Shown: piece after piece, positions 19,686 to 29,203 of the stretch | Layout: the number at the start of each line of letters is the position of its first letter | How positions within the stretch are numbered: the stretch's first letter is position 1 | Source of the DNA: Dickeya dadantii NCPPB 898 | GTDB taxonomy: Bacteria > Pseudomonadota > Gammaproteobacteria > Enterobacterales > Enterobacteriaceae | Length of the DNA: 32,000 nt | Reading direction: 5' to 3' | Assembly: GCF_000406145.1 (NCBI RefSeq) | Contig: NZ_CM001976.1 | Span: forward strand, 414,830 to 446,829 | Translations under genes and position numbers: made by a program | Notes under the pieces: generated by a model | The model's input: only the letters and a program-made list of their open reading frames with translations | The model's database searches: none | Told to the model about the DNA's origin: nothing

Positions 19686-21887
19686 ATGGGGTCTCGAACT
19701 TTGGATAGCATTGTGGGAAAGCTCAATCCGCTATTGCGGCTAGCAGCCATCTCGGGCGTCGAAGCTGCGATCACATTCCATATTCTTCGGGGTGATGACT
19801 TGGATGCCCGCGATAGCAGTGGCTCAACGCCTCTGATCCTCGCCGCATCTAGGAGAAACAGCGGGGCTGTAAGGCTTCTACTTGACGCGGGGGCAAATCC
19901 GACACTTGTCGATCCAGAAGGGATGAATGCTCTAGCGCATGCCTTACGAGCCAATTGCCTAGAGACAATTGAGATACTAAGTGAGGCATTCAATATGCCA
20001 CCCTTGGAGGCCACTGAGTCAGATGAAGTAATTACCAACAATCAGGAAAAGATATCCTCTTGCTTCGATAAAATATCTGATGGCCAGGCATCGGGGAGCG
20101 AATCCCACGCAGTGGGCAAGAATATCCCTACCTCTCCTGAATATCACTTCGAGCCCATTTCCCCCAAGGCAACGACTCGATATATTTTTGAAGTCGATTC
20201 CCTTTCTCTAGATCCTCTTTCCTTGGATGCTGAATTTGAGGACAACTGGGAAGTTGAGATTAACCCTGTTGCGCCTGTTGGTGACCAACATGTTGCAGAG
20301 GCCGTCAAGAATGTTTACAAGGCGATAGGTCAACATAAGGCAGTAGATAACGACGAGGACTGGGGTGATATCGATCTCTATCTTCCTGTAATAAAATCCA
20401 TTTTAGACCATGAGGGCGTTGATTATACCCTCCGGGTTTTCCTCCTTGCAGCAATCCGCGATGGGATTATTTCTGAAGAAAACCTTGTTGAACTTTGCTT
20501 AAACGCCAACGGATCACGCAATGAAGATTTTGAGAGATTCATTGGTATTGCTGCAGGAGAGCTTGGTGCGATTGTGGACGAACAGAGTGGAGTCACTATA
20601 AATGATACCTCTCTCGATGAGTCGTCTCTTGAGGAAAAACTCCTTCTCGATGAAGCAATTGAGTTCATCAAGGATCTAGCCTCGGATCACAATGAACCGT
20701 TCAGATTTTATTCCAAGGATATCCGATGCAGGCTTCTTGAGGCCAAAGAAGAGATCGCTCTTAGTCGAGAGATGGAAGAGGCTTGGCAAGATGTGCTATC
20801 GGTCCTTGCTCAATGGCCAGAAGGACTCGCGGTGTTATTTGACTGTGCTGAAAAGGTTTTGAGAGGGGAGGTTGATGCTGGAGCGTTCAGCACTGGACCT
20901 GATTTGCTCCTAGAAGATGGGGCAACAGAACTGGAGGATGTGTACGATGAGGATGAAGAGGAAAAAGAGCATGATGCCGGCTCAGCATTTATGACTGCTA
21001 TAGCAGCCGTTCGGAGTAAGATTGGAGACTTCCAGCGAACCAAAGAAGCATTAGAAGCGGCTAAGCTAACTCGCGGATTTCTTTTTGAGCTAGCCGAACG
21101 AGCCAAAGATGATTCTAATGCAAAGGGCCTTACTGATGCTCTTGAGCGGCAGTCCTATGCTCGGGATCGCTTGATTCAGTGTAATCTTAGACTCGCTTTA
21201 TCCATTGCCAAGAAGCACCGGTGGTCAGGAGTGCCGATGGACGATCTTGTTCAAGAGGCAAACATTGGCCTTATAAAAGCGGTTGAACGCTACGACTGGC
21301 GCAGAGGTTTTCGCTTCTCTACATACGCAACGTGGTGGATTCGTCAACAGATAACACGTTCCATTGCTGACAAAAGTAGGAGTGTTAGGGCACCGGTACA
21401 CGTTCAGGATAAGGCTTGGAAGATCATACGGGAGCGCAATGAGATCGAGTTGCAGAGAGGGTACCCTGAGCGTGATATCGACACAGCTTCGCGGCTCGGA
21501 ATTCCGCTATCAAAAATATGGATTCTCCTGTCGATATTTGATGATGCAGAGTCTCTTGATGAGATCGATTTGAATATGAGTTGTGCTCGAGTGGAGCTTC
21601 TCGTGAATCGGAATGCCTCGGCACCATTTAAGCTTGTTGAGAATTCGTCTCTCTCCTCTACGCTCTCGGGAATGCTGGAAGAGTTAGATGAAAGGTCTCG
21701 CACAGTGATTATGTATCGCTTTGGATTAGGCAACATTGACGCGATGACCTTGGAAGAGGTAGGGCAGATCTTCGGGGTTACACGTGAGCGTATCCGCCAA
21801 ATAGAGTCCAAAGCGATGCAGAAACTTTCTAGTGAGAAAAGGAAGGAGATCTTGGCTTCCTTTATGAGCGAGGATGATTATCAATAA
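19686..21887 (+). CDS. Ankyrin-repeat / sigma-70-family (RpoD/RpoS-like, regions 1.2-2-3-4) fusion protein
   Basis: N-terminal ANK consensus: GSTPLILAASRRNSGAVRLLLDAGANPTLVDPEGMNALAHALRANCLETIEIL (nt about 19815-19975). Region 1.2-like: FRFYSKDIRCRLLEAKEEIALSREME. Region 2: LIQCNLRLALSIAKKH...DLVQEANIGLIKAVERYDWRRGFRFSTYATWWIRQQITRSIADKSRSVRAPVHV (nt about 21170-21400), near-identical in pattern to E. coli sigma-70 region 2. Region 4.2: TLEEVGQIFGVTRERIRQIESKAMQKL (nt about 21747-21825). Its stop codon overlaps the next gene's ATG (TAATG, 21885-21889). Confidence 0.85.
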   Translation: MGSRTLDSIVGKLNPLLRLAAISGVEAAITFHILRGDDLDARDSSGSTPLILAASRRNSGAVRLLLDAGANPTLVDPEGMNALAHALRANCLETIEILSEAFNMPPLEATESDEVITNNQEKISSCFDKISDGQASGSESHAVGKNIPTSPEYHFEPISPKATTRYIFEVDSLSLDPLSLDAEFEDNWEVEINPVAPVGDQHVAEAVKNVYKAIGQHKAVDNDEDWGDIDLYLPVIKSILDHEGVDYTLRVFLLAAIRDGIISEENLVELCLNANGSRNEDFERFIGIAAGELGAIVDEQSGVTINDTSLDESSLEEKLLLDEAIEFIKDLASDHNEPFRFYSKDIRCRLLEAKEEIALSREMEEAWQDVLSVLAQWPEGLAVLFDCAEKVLRGEVDAGAFSTGPDLLLEDGATELEDVYDEDEEEKEHDAGSAFMTAIAAVRSKIGDFQRTKEALEAAKLTRGFLFELAERAKDDSNAKGLTDALERQSYARDRLIQCNLRLALSIAKKHRWSGVPMDDLVQEANIGLIKAVERYDWRRGFRFSTYATWWIRQQITRSIADKSRSVRAPVHVQDKAWKIIRERNEIELQRGYPERDIDTASRLGIPLSKIWILLSIFDDAESLDEIDLNMSCARVELLVNRNASAPFKLVENSSLSSTLSGMLEELDERSRTVIMYRFGLGNIDAMTLEEVGQIFGVTRERIRQIESKAMQKLSSEKRKEILASFMSEDDYQ

Positions 21888-23380
21888 TGCAGAAAACCAG
21901 ATATGCGCCGCCGAAAGCCAATGCAATGATGGAGGCTCTCAGAGGGCTCGGTTATTCAACCGCAGCAGCCTTGGCTGATGTTGTAGACAACGCTGTGTCT
22001 GCAGGTTCTGCAGAGGTGTATCTGCGATTTGAATGGGATGGAACGCAAAGCTGTATTTCGATACTAGATGATGGTCATGGAATGACTGATACCGAGCTTG
22101 AGACTGCCATGACCCTTGGGACGATAAATCCTTTGGATGAAAGGACTGCGACTGATCTCGGACGTTTTGGTATGGGTCTGAAGACTGCCTCGTTTTCCCA
22201 ATGCCGTAGGCTTACTGTTGCTTCCAAGCGAGAAGGCGGAGTTCTGGTTTGTTTACGCTGGGACTTGGACGCTATCGCTACAGATCCGCAGGTTGGTTGG
22301 CGTATGTTCGAGGGACCAGCATTAGGCTCCGAGCGGTTCTTTGAACCGCTAAACGACTTAAGCTCGGGGACGCTCGTTCTTTGGGAATTAATGGACAGAG
22401 TTGTCATGCCCGGTACGAACTTGGATCACTTTGCCGACCTAATTGATGATGTGGAATCCCGTTTATCGATGACCTTCCATCGCCTTATTGAGGGGCCTCG
22501 CCCAGATTTCCGCCTGTTCATCAATGGCAAACTGGTGGTCCCTTGGGATCCGTTCATGGTTGGCCACCCTGCTAAAGCCTTGGAATCTCCCATAGAGCGC
22601 AGAATCACTCAGTCAGGAGTTTTGGAGGTCCAATGCCATGTTCTCCCGCACAAAGATAAATTATCTGACGAGGATCTTTTCAAGGCTGGCGGCCCTGACG
22701 GCTGGATATCTCAGCAAGGGTTCTATGTCTATCGTAACAAAAGACTCCTTCTGGCCGGTAGTTGGCTAGGGCTTGGAAGAGGGAGAGCATGGAGCAGGGA
22801 TGAATCGCATCGACTTGCGAGAATCCGGGTTGATATGCCGAATACCGCCGACGCAGATTGGAAGATCGATGTTAAGAAGTCCACTGCCCGACCACCGGTT
22901 TTTGTCCGTAACTGGTTGACTGGAATAGCAGAAAACACGAGAGACAGAGCTCGTAAGGTATTCGCCTTCCGAGGATCGCCGACGTCTAGGTTGAGCAGTG
23001 CTCCCATCGAGCAGACTTGGCGGGTTGAACATCTGAAGAGCGGCGTTCGATACCGCATAGATGAGACGCACCCTGCCGTCGCGGCAGTTATTGAGGTTTG
23101 TTCAGACCGAAAGCATCTTGTTAGAGCGATGCTCCGGGTTATTGAGGAGACAGTCCCTGTCCAACGGATATGGCTCGATACTGCCGAGAACAAGGACACT
23201 CCTAGAACAGGGTTTGATGGGGAACCGAACGAAGCTGTTATACAGGTTGCGAGTGTCCTTTTTAATGATTTGATCGAGCGCAAGGGACTGAGTGTTGAGG
23301 AAGCCCGTAAGTCAATGCTCAAGACTGAGCCCTTCCAAAAATATCCCTCACTAATTGCAAATTTACAGAGAGATGAATGA
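21887..23380 (+). CDS. MORC-like GHKL (HATPase_c_3-type) ATPase
   Basis: Bergerat-fold motifs are an N-box ALADVVDNAVSAGS (nt about 21974-22006), a G1 box DDGHGM (22068-22085) and a G2 box GRFGMGLKTAS. Start and stop are coupled to the neighbouring genes (TAATG upstream, ATGA downstream). Confidence 0.85.
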   Translation: MQKTRYAPPKANAMMEALRGLGYSTAAALADVVDNAVSAGSAEVYLRFEWDGTQSCISILDDGHGMTDTELETAMTLGTINPLDERTATDLGRFGMGLKTASFSQCRRLTVASKREGGVLVCLRWDLDAIATDPQVGWRMFEGPALGSERFFEPLNDLSSGTLVLWELMDRVVMPGTNLDHFADLIDDVESRLSMTFHRLIEGPRPDFRLFINGKLVVPWDPFMVGHPAKALESPIERRITQSGVLEVQCHVLPHKDKLSDEDLFKAGGPDGWISQQGFYVYRNKRLLLAGSWLGLGRGRAWSRDESHRLARIRVDMPNTADADWKIDVKKSTARPPVFVRNWLTGIAENTRDRARKVFAFRGSPTSRLSSAPIEQTWRVEHLKSGVRYRIDETHPAVAAVIEVCSDRKHLVRAMLRVIEETVPVQRIWLDTAENKDTPRTGFDGEPNEAVIQVASVLFNDLIERKGLSVEEARKSMLKTEPFQKYPSLIANLQRDE

Positions 23381-26286
23381 ACATGATGGAAGAGGTTGGC
23401 TTGCAAGCTGAGCTACTAGAAAACGTCATCGCCACGGCTCAACGGCTAGTAAAGGCAGAGAAAGATAAATCTAAGATAACCCCGGCGTTCATTGCTGAGA
23501 AGGTGAGTTTTGCCACGAAGATGTTTGCTGATGACTCACTTCACTCGGTGGATCAAAATCAGGCTATTGCCATACTAATTCAGCGTTTCAGTCACCGAAT
23601 CGGTAAGCCAACCACGTTGAAGAACGATGTAGACCATGTCGACTGGCTTTCTGCAGCGAGAAAACGTGATTGGCGCTATTGGCGTCGATATGGAGACTAC
23701 TTGGAATCCAAGCTTTCCGACGTTGTAGTCGAGGGGCTTAACGAGACCACTGATGATATCCTCAGCCTCCTGGAGGATCCAGAAAGATCGGACTCATGGG
23801 ATCGTAGGGGGCTTGTTGTCGGGCATGTGCAATCAGGCAAGACCAGCAACTACTCAGGACTAATTTGTAAGGCAGCTGATGCTGGCTATAAGATTATCAT
23901 CGTCCTTGCAGGCATGCATAATAACTTGAGGTCGCAAACTCAGATGCGGCTAGAAGAGAGTTTTCTTGGCTACGAGACGACCACTGATCGTGATGTCGGT
24001 ATACCAATAGGTGTTGCAGAGTTCGGTGATGACCTGAAGACCAACTCTGCAACAACGCGGGCTGAGAACGGTGATTTTAGTAAAGCGATTGCGAGGCGAT
24101 TTCACGGTATATCTCCAGAGGAGAGGCCATGGCTTTTCGTTGTAAAGAAGCAAAAGACCGTCCTCACAGCTCTGTTGGACTGGATTCAAAAACGAGTAGC
24201 GGACAGCACCGACTCAATTGATGGTCGCAAGCTTGTGACTAAACTTCCGCTTCTAATGATCGACGACGAGGCAGATAACGCGTCAGTTGATACTGGAGAG
24301 CAGATATTCAAGGATGATGGTACACCTGACGAAGAGCATCAGCCTAAGACTATTAACAGTCTTATTCGTCAGATCCTTCATACCTTCACTAGGAAGGCGT
24401 ATGTTGGCTATACTGCAACGCCTTTTGCCAACATTTTTATCCACCACAAAGGTGCAACAGCGAAGGAAGGCCCTGATCTTTTCCCTCGTTCGTTCATCAT
24501 CAATTTAGCAGCTCCATCCAATTACGTTGGTCCTACGCAGATGTTTGGCAAGATGACGAAGGATGGCCGTACGGAGGGGCTGCCTCTATCTAGAAACATC
24601 TGTGATCATTACGACCCCAAGTCAGAGTCTGGGTGGATGCCACCAAAGCACAAGAAGACTCATATCCCTAATTACAACGGCGAAGAGGCGATTCCTCCAT
24701 CGTTGCAGCAAGCTATCTACACGTTCATTTTGTCATGTGCTGCCCGTCAATTACGAGGGCAAGGCACCCAACATAGCTCCATGCTGATTCACGTCACCCG
24801 TTTCGTTGATGTTCAAAAGCTCGTGTGCGAACAGGTCGATAAGACGGTACGTCGCATGCGGCAGCGTATAACTCGAGGAATGGGGGCGGAGGAGATTCTG
24901 GGACAGTTGCACCAACTTTGGAACGATGACTTTCTTCCTGTTCGAGACAAAGTTGCAGTGCTCCTACCAAAAGAGGAGTGTCCTCCGAAAATGCCGACTT
25001 GGAATGATATTCTCGCTGTTCTGCCTGAGGTGCTGGAGGATATAGAGGTTCGCTCTATTAATGGTACTGCCAAGGATGCTCTCGATTATGCAACACTAGG
25101 TGCGGCTTTGAAAGTAATTGCGATAGGGGGCGACAAGCTTGCTCGTGGACTTACGTTGGAAGGGCTATGTGTAAGCTACTTTGTGCGCACAACGAAGATG
25201 TATGACACGCTAATGCAGATGGGGCGCTGGTTCGGTTATCGCCCTGGTTATCTGGACTTATGTAGACTGTACACATCCCCCGACTTGGTGAGATGGTTTG
25301 GGCATATTGCTGATGCTTCGGAGGAACTCCGTGATGAGTTCGATTTCATGGCAGAAGCAAAGCTCACTCCAGAGCAGTATGGGCTTAAAGTGATGTCACA
25401 TGATGTTATGACTGTAACTTCCCCCTTGAAGATGCGTAATTCACAGACTCTTTCATTTACTTATAGTGGAGCGCGATCCCAAACTATCCTCTTTCATCGT
25501 GATTCCAAAATTCAGCAGCAAAATCTCGATGCTACAGATGCTTTGGTTATGTCTCTTGGCACCTATTGGATAGAATCACCGAAATATGAACGCGAAGGAA
25601 ACCCTGATTCTTGGCCTGATGCACGTCTTTGGAGGGATGTAGGTGTTTCCAAAGTTCTTGATTTTCTCAACACCTATTCAACGTATCCTGCGCCCCGCGC
25701 AAATGCAGCTGTATTGTCCGAATTTATCTCGAAAATGGTTGATACAGGCCAATTAACCAAATGGAGTGTCGCTTTGCTCGGGGGCGGTAATGGCAATGGG
25801 GAAATCCATACTTTCCCCGGAGGAGTTCCCTCAAAGAAGTACTTAATCCGTAAAACCGAAGAATTGGGGTCGCTTGACCAGCAGGAGGCTAAGACCTTCG
25901 CTATTGGCGTGCTTACTGACCCGAAAGATGAAAGTATAGATCTTAGCGATGACATTTGGCATAAAGCCTTAAATTTAACTCGTGCTGCTTGGAAACCGGA
26001 CCCTGCTCGTGGCCGCGACAAACAACCAGATTTTCCAAGCGGCAAAGGTATCCGAGAGATTCGTGGGAAGCTCGGTGGTGAGACTGACAGAGGACTACTG
26101 CTACTCTACCCACTTTCCCCCCATTCGTCCTACAAAGGTAAACAACAGGACGAGTTAATTGTTCCCGGATGGAATAAACCAATCATGGCTTTCGCTATTG
26201 CTTTCCCTGCTAGCGACAAAGCGATTGAGGTGGAGTACAAAGCTAACCTGCTTTATTGGATGCAAGAATATGGCCCGTCAGAGTGA
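23377..26286 (+). CDS. Z1-domain protein with SF2-type NTPase core
   Basis: Walker A GHVQSGKTSNYSG (23821-23847). DEAD-like Walker B LMIDDEADNAS (24256-24276). Motif III-like GYTATPFAN. ARGLTLEGLCVSYF and QMGRWFGYRPGY resemble motif VI and the Z1 signature. The ATGA overlaps the ATPase stop (23377-23380). Confidence 0.85.
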   Translation: MNMMEEVGLQAELLENVIATAQRLVKAEKDKSKITPAFIAEKVSFATKMFADDSLHSVDQNQAIAILIQRFSHRIGKPTTLKNDVDHVDWLSAARKRDWRYWRRYGDYLESKLSDVVVEGLNETTDDILSLLEDPERSDSWDRRGLVVGHVQSGKTSNYSGLICKAADAGYKIIIVLAGMHNNLRSQTQMRLEESFLGYETTTDRDVGIPIGVAEFGDDLKTNSATTRAENGDFSKAIARRFHGISPEERPWLFVVKKQKTVLTALLDWIQKRVADSTDSIDGRKLVTKLPLLMIDDEADNASVDTGEQIFKDDGTPDEEHQPKTINSLIRQILHTFTRKAYVGYTATPFANIFIHHKGATAKEGPDLFPRSFIINLAAPSNYVGPTQMFGKMTKDGRTEGLPLSRNICDHYDPKSESGWMPPKHKKTHIPNYNGEEAIPPSLQQAIYTFILSCAARQLRGQGTQHSSMLIHVTRFVDVQKLVCEQVDKTVRRMRQRITRGMGAEEILGQLHQLWNDDFLPVRDKVAVLLPKEECPPKMPTWNDILAVLPEVLEDIEVRSINGTAKDALDYATLGAALKVIAIGGDKLARGLTLEGLCVSYFVRTTKMYDTLMQMGRWFGYRPGYLDLCRLYTSPDLVRWFGHIADASEELRDEFDFMAEAKLTPEQYGLKVMSHDVMTVTSPLKMRNSQTLSFTYSGARSQTILFHRDSKIQQQNLDATDALVMSLGTYWIESPKYEREGNPDSWPDARLWRDVGVSKVLDFLNTYSTYPAPRANAAVLSEFISKMVDTGQLTKWSVALLGGGNGNGEIHTFPGGVPSKKYLIRKTEELGSLDQQEAKTFAIGVLTDPKDESIDLSDDIWHKALNLTRAAWKPDPARGRDKQPDFPSGKGIREIRGKLGGETDRGLLLLYPLSPHSSYKGKQQDELIVPGWNKPIMAFAIAFPASDKAIEVEYKANLLYWMQEYGPSE

Positions 26287-27283
26287 AGAATTCATTTTAG
26301 CTTGGCTGTCGCTCTCCAGTGACAGTGAAGTTCCAGGCTGGCAGGCTATTTCGCTACCGTCTTCAGGGGCCGTCGAGCTTCAGGCTGGTCGGCGCTTGCC
26401 GGATAACGCTGAGGCAGTTTTGTTCTCTTTCCCTACAGCGCGTTTAGCTCGTGCTGAGAAGCTGCCCGAGGGCAAGGGATTCTTGGTGGAGAAGGCAGAA
26501 GCTATGGGGACGAATGATCTCCTATTAGCATTGACCCGACAGGAGGAAGGGAACTTAGAGTTGTTTACTTTAATGGTCTGCGATGTTGTTGGTGCAATAG
26601 ATGAAGGAGTTGCTGAAGGCGTTGCAGAGTCTGGCCTCTTGCGAATTCTGGTCAGACGAGTACTTGCGTGGCAACAGTTTATGTCTCGCGGTTTGAGCCC
26701 TCTAGGTCCTGAAGCAGAGTTGGGCCTTATGGGAGAGCTCTACTTTATGACCCTTCTTCTTGATTTGCAGTTGCCGCCCATGGAGGTTCTGAGTGCATGG
26801 GTTGGTCCCGATGATGCGCCTCAAGATTTCCTTCTAGGTGATGGGGCAATCGAAGTGAAAGCGACTATGTCTTCCTCTGGCTTTCCCGTTAGGATAAGTT
26901 CGCTGGAGCAATTAGACGACGCTGTCTCTTCGCCATTGTTCTTGGCGGCTATCAGGTTTATCAGGCTGGAGGAAGGGTTTACCTTGCCAGAGATAGTTGC
27001 CGAGATTGAGCAACGTCTTAAAGGCCAGCCCGCATCGGTCAACTTTTTTTGTGAGCGGCTCATGCTTGTTGGATACTCTTGGGCTCATATGAGCAACTAC
27101 ACTCGAAGATTTAAACCAAAAGAGAAACTTTATTTTTCAATATCCGAAGGTTTTCCTCGTTTAACTCTAGGATCCGTCCCCATCGGAGTGACGCGAGCGC
27201 AGTACGAAATAAACTTGGACCATGCTAGGGACTTCCTTACTGAGCTTGATGTGGTTCTCAAAAAACTAGGAGTTAGTGGATGA
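26270..27283 (+). CDS. PD-(D/E)XK-motif protein (putative nuclease)
   Basis: The start is trimmed to the ATG at 26270 (MARQSEEFILAW), which overlaps the Z1 gene by 17 nt. The motif PQDFLLGDGAIEVKAT has the D codon at 26825 and E-V-K at 26852-26860, i.e. D-x10-E-x-K. Confidence 0.75.
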   Translation: MARQSEEFILAWLSLSSDSEVPGWQAISLPSSGAVELQAGRRLPDNAEAVLFSFPTARLARAEKLPEGKGFLVEKAEAMGTNDLLLALTRQEEGNLELFTLMVCDVVGAIDEGVAEGVAESGLLRILVRRVLAWQQFMSRGLSPLGPEAELGLMGELYFMTLLLDLQLPPMEVLSAWVGPDDAPQDFLLGDGAIEVKATMSSSGFPVRISSLEQLDDAVSSPLFLAAIRFIRLEEGFTLPEIVAEIEQRLKGQPASVNFFCERLMLVGYSWAHMSNYTRRFKPKEKLYFSISEGFPRLTLGSVPIGVTRAQYEINLDHARDFLTELDVVLKKLGVSG

Positions 27284-29106
27284 CCCTTGATGATTTTCTG
27301 TCTGAAACCCGGGCTGAAATAGCGGCTCAAATGAGCGATGGTTCTTCCTTCACGGAATTGATCTTTTGTGAGGTGGTGATGCAACACCTCATGGAAGCAG
27401 GAATGACTTTTGAACCCGTTGTTTGTCATTTTCAAGGGAAAGTCGGTAATGCGAATCTGAGGCTGAGTGGCTACACCATTTCTGAAGATCTTGACCAACT
27501 TGACCTGTTTGTCAGTCTCTACGAGGGATTCGAGGTTCTAACGCCGATCCAAGAGCAAGATACAAAGATGGCCGCTCAGCATTGTGTTCGCTTTCTTGAA
27601 CTTTGTGCAACGGGCCGTCTTCTGAACAAACTCGATCCATCAAGCGATGTCTACTCACTCGCCCTTATTATCAGCGAGATATATGATAGTTTGGAACAAG
27701 TACGTGTATTTGTTCTCACGGATGGCGTTGCCAAGTCCAAGAGTTTTAAACCCCGTGATGTTGGAGGTAAGACAGTTCGACTCGAGGTTATGGACATAGA
27801 GCGACTCTTTCGACATCGTTCCGAGGGCAAGCCGCGCGACGAACTTGTGATCGACTTCAAGGATGTTTCAGGTTCCCCACTTCCGTGTGTTTATATTCCT
27901 GGAGATACAGGAGATTACGATTACGCACTGACCGCCATCCCTGGTGAGGCTTTGCGGTTCATCTACGAGAAGTTTGGCCCTAGGCTCCTTGAAGCCAACG
28001 TACGGTCTTTTCTTAGCGTCAAATCTAGAGGGGTCAATGCAGGTATCCAAAACACCTTACGCTCAGCACCAGAACGCTTTATGGCCTTCAACAATGGCAT
28101 CGTTCTTGTGGCCGACGAGATGAAGCTCGAACGGGCTAATGACGGCTCTCCTGGAATCATTTGGTTACGTGGAATGCAGATAGTGAACGGTGGTCAAACT
28201 ACTGCCTCTATCTATTTCGCAAAGAAGAAATACTCGGATACCGACTTAAGCAAGGTCAGGGTCCCTGCAAAGATCATTGTCATTAAGGAGGCTGACCCTA
28301 CAAAAGAAGAATCGCTAGTCTCCGATATCTCACGATATGCTAACTCCCAAAATTCAGTGCGGCAGTCGGATCTCTCAGCGAATAAGCCATTCCATGTTGA
28401 GGTAGAGAGACAGTCACTGGCAATTTATTGTCCAGATGGTGTTGGCCGTTGGTTTTATGAGCGAGCAGCGGGAAGCTACAATACACTTCTCATCCGTGAG
28501 GGAACAACCCCAGCTAGGCTTCGTGCACTGAAGGATTCTGTGCCAACATCTCGCAAGATCACCAAGACCGAGTTGGCGAAATATTTCATGGCTTGGGATG
28601 TTAGACCGGAGATAGTTAGCCTTGGAACGCAGAAGTGTTTTGAGCGCTTCATGACTATGCTCAGTGAGGTTGAAGCGGCTGGGAAACCTATTGTATCAGA
28701 TTCAGTTTTCTTTAAAACGTTAGTTGCCAAAGCCATTGTGTTCAAGATCGTTCACAAAACGGCCCGTCCGCACGTTTCCGCTTTCCTTGCAAACGTTGCT
28801 GCTTACACCGTAGCAGTTGTGGCCGATTACTATCGCGATACCTTTGATTTGGAGAAAGTTTGGCTTCGACAGAGTGTTTCACCACAATTAATAGAGCAAG
28901 TCAAGGTCTGGTCCCTTGAGGTGAACAACCGTCTTCACGAGACAGCCAAAGGAAAGATGATTTCGGAATGGGCCAAACGACCCGAATGCCGGGAGGAAAT
29001 GTTTGCACGTCCTTTCTCTCCACCGTCAGTGGATATTCCTGAATTACGTCGACCTGAATTTGTTCAAGTGAGGCAAGAACATTCAGAAATTCCCGCAGAG
29101 GATTGA
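27280..29106 (+). CDS. AIPR-family (abortive infection phage resistance-like) protein
   Basis: 608-aa ORF. ...FNNGIVLVADEM...GMQIVNGGQTTASIYF, with the VNGGQT motif at 28186-28200, is typical of the AIPR/Abi-like family. The ATGA overlaps the previous gene (27280-27283). Confidence 0.8.
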   Translation: MTLDDFLSETRAEIAAQMSDGSSFTELIFCEVVMQHLMEAGMTFEPVVCHFQGKVGNANLRLSGYTISEDLDQLDLFVSLYEGFEVLTPIQEQDTKMAAQHCVRFLELCATGRLLNKLDPSSDVYSLALIISEIYDSLEQVRVFVLTDGVAKSKSFKPRDVGGKTVRLEVMDIERLFRHRSEGKPRDELVIDFKDVSGSPLPCVYIPGDTGDYDYALTAIPGEALRFIYEKFGPRLLEANVRSFLSVKSRGVNAGIQNTLRSAPERFMAFNNGIVLVADEMKLERANDGSPGIIWLRGMQIVNGGQTTASIYFAKKKYSDTDLSKVRVPAKIIVIKEADPTKEESLVSDISRYANSQNSVRQSDLSANKPFHVEVERQSLAIYCPDGVGRWFYERAAGSYNTLLIREGTTPARLRALKDSVPTSRKITKTELAKYFMAWDVRPEIVSLGTQKCFERFMTMLSEVEAAGKPIVSDSVFFKTLVAKAIVFKIVHKTARPHVSAFLANVAAYTVAVVADYYRDTFDLEKVWLRQSVSPQLIEQVKVWSLEVNNRLHETAKGKMISEWAKRPECREEMFARPFSPPSVDIPELRRPEFVQVRQEHSEIPAED

Positions 29107-29203
29107 GTGCCAAATATTGATTAGCTACAGCCATTACAAGCTATTTACTGAAGCAATGGCTGATATATAAACTGTCTATAATGGGGCGTAGGCCTTGGAA
29201 CTT

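Noticed and set aside
19682-20041. 119-aa minus-strand ORF antisense to the ankyrin region, and other antisense ORFs in the operon (20423-20671, 20810-21106, 21404-21811, 22729-23406, 25674-26045)
   Set aside because: All lie inside plus-strand genes with strong motif support, and none has recognisable motifs or an RBS.
26159-26269. Longer version of the PD-(D/E)XK ORF starting at 26159
   Set aside because: The first 37 codons would overlap the Z1 gene by 128 nt and read as hydrophobic junk. ATG 26270 (MARQSEE) gives a 17-nt overlap, consistent with the other coupled junctions.
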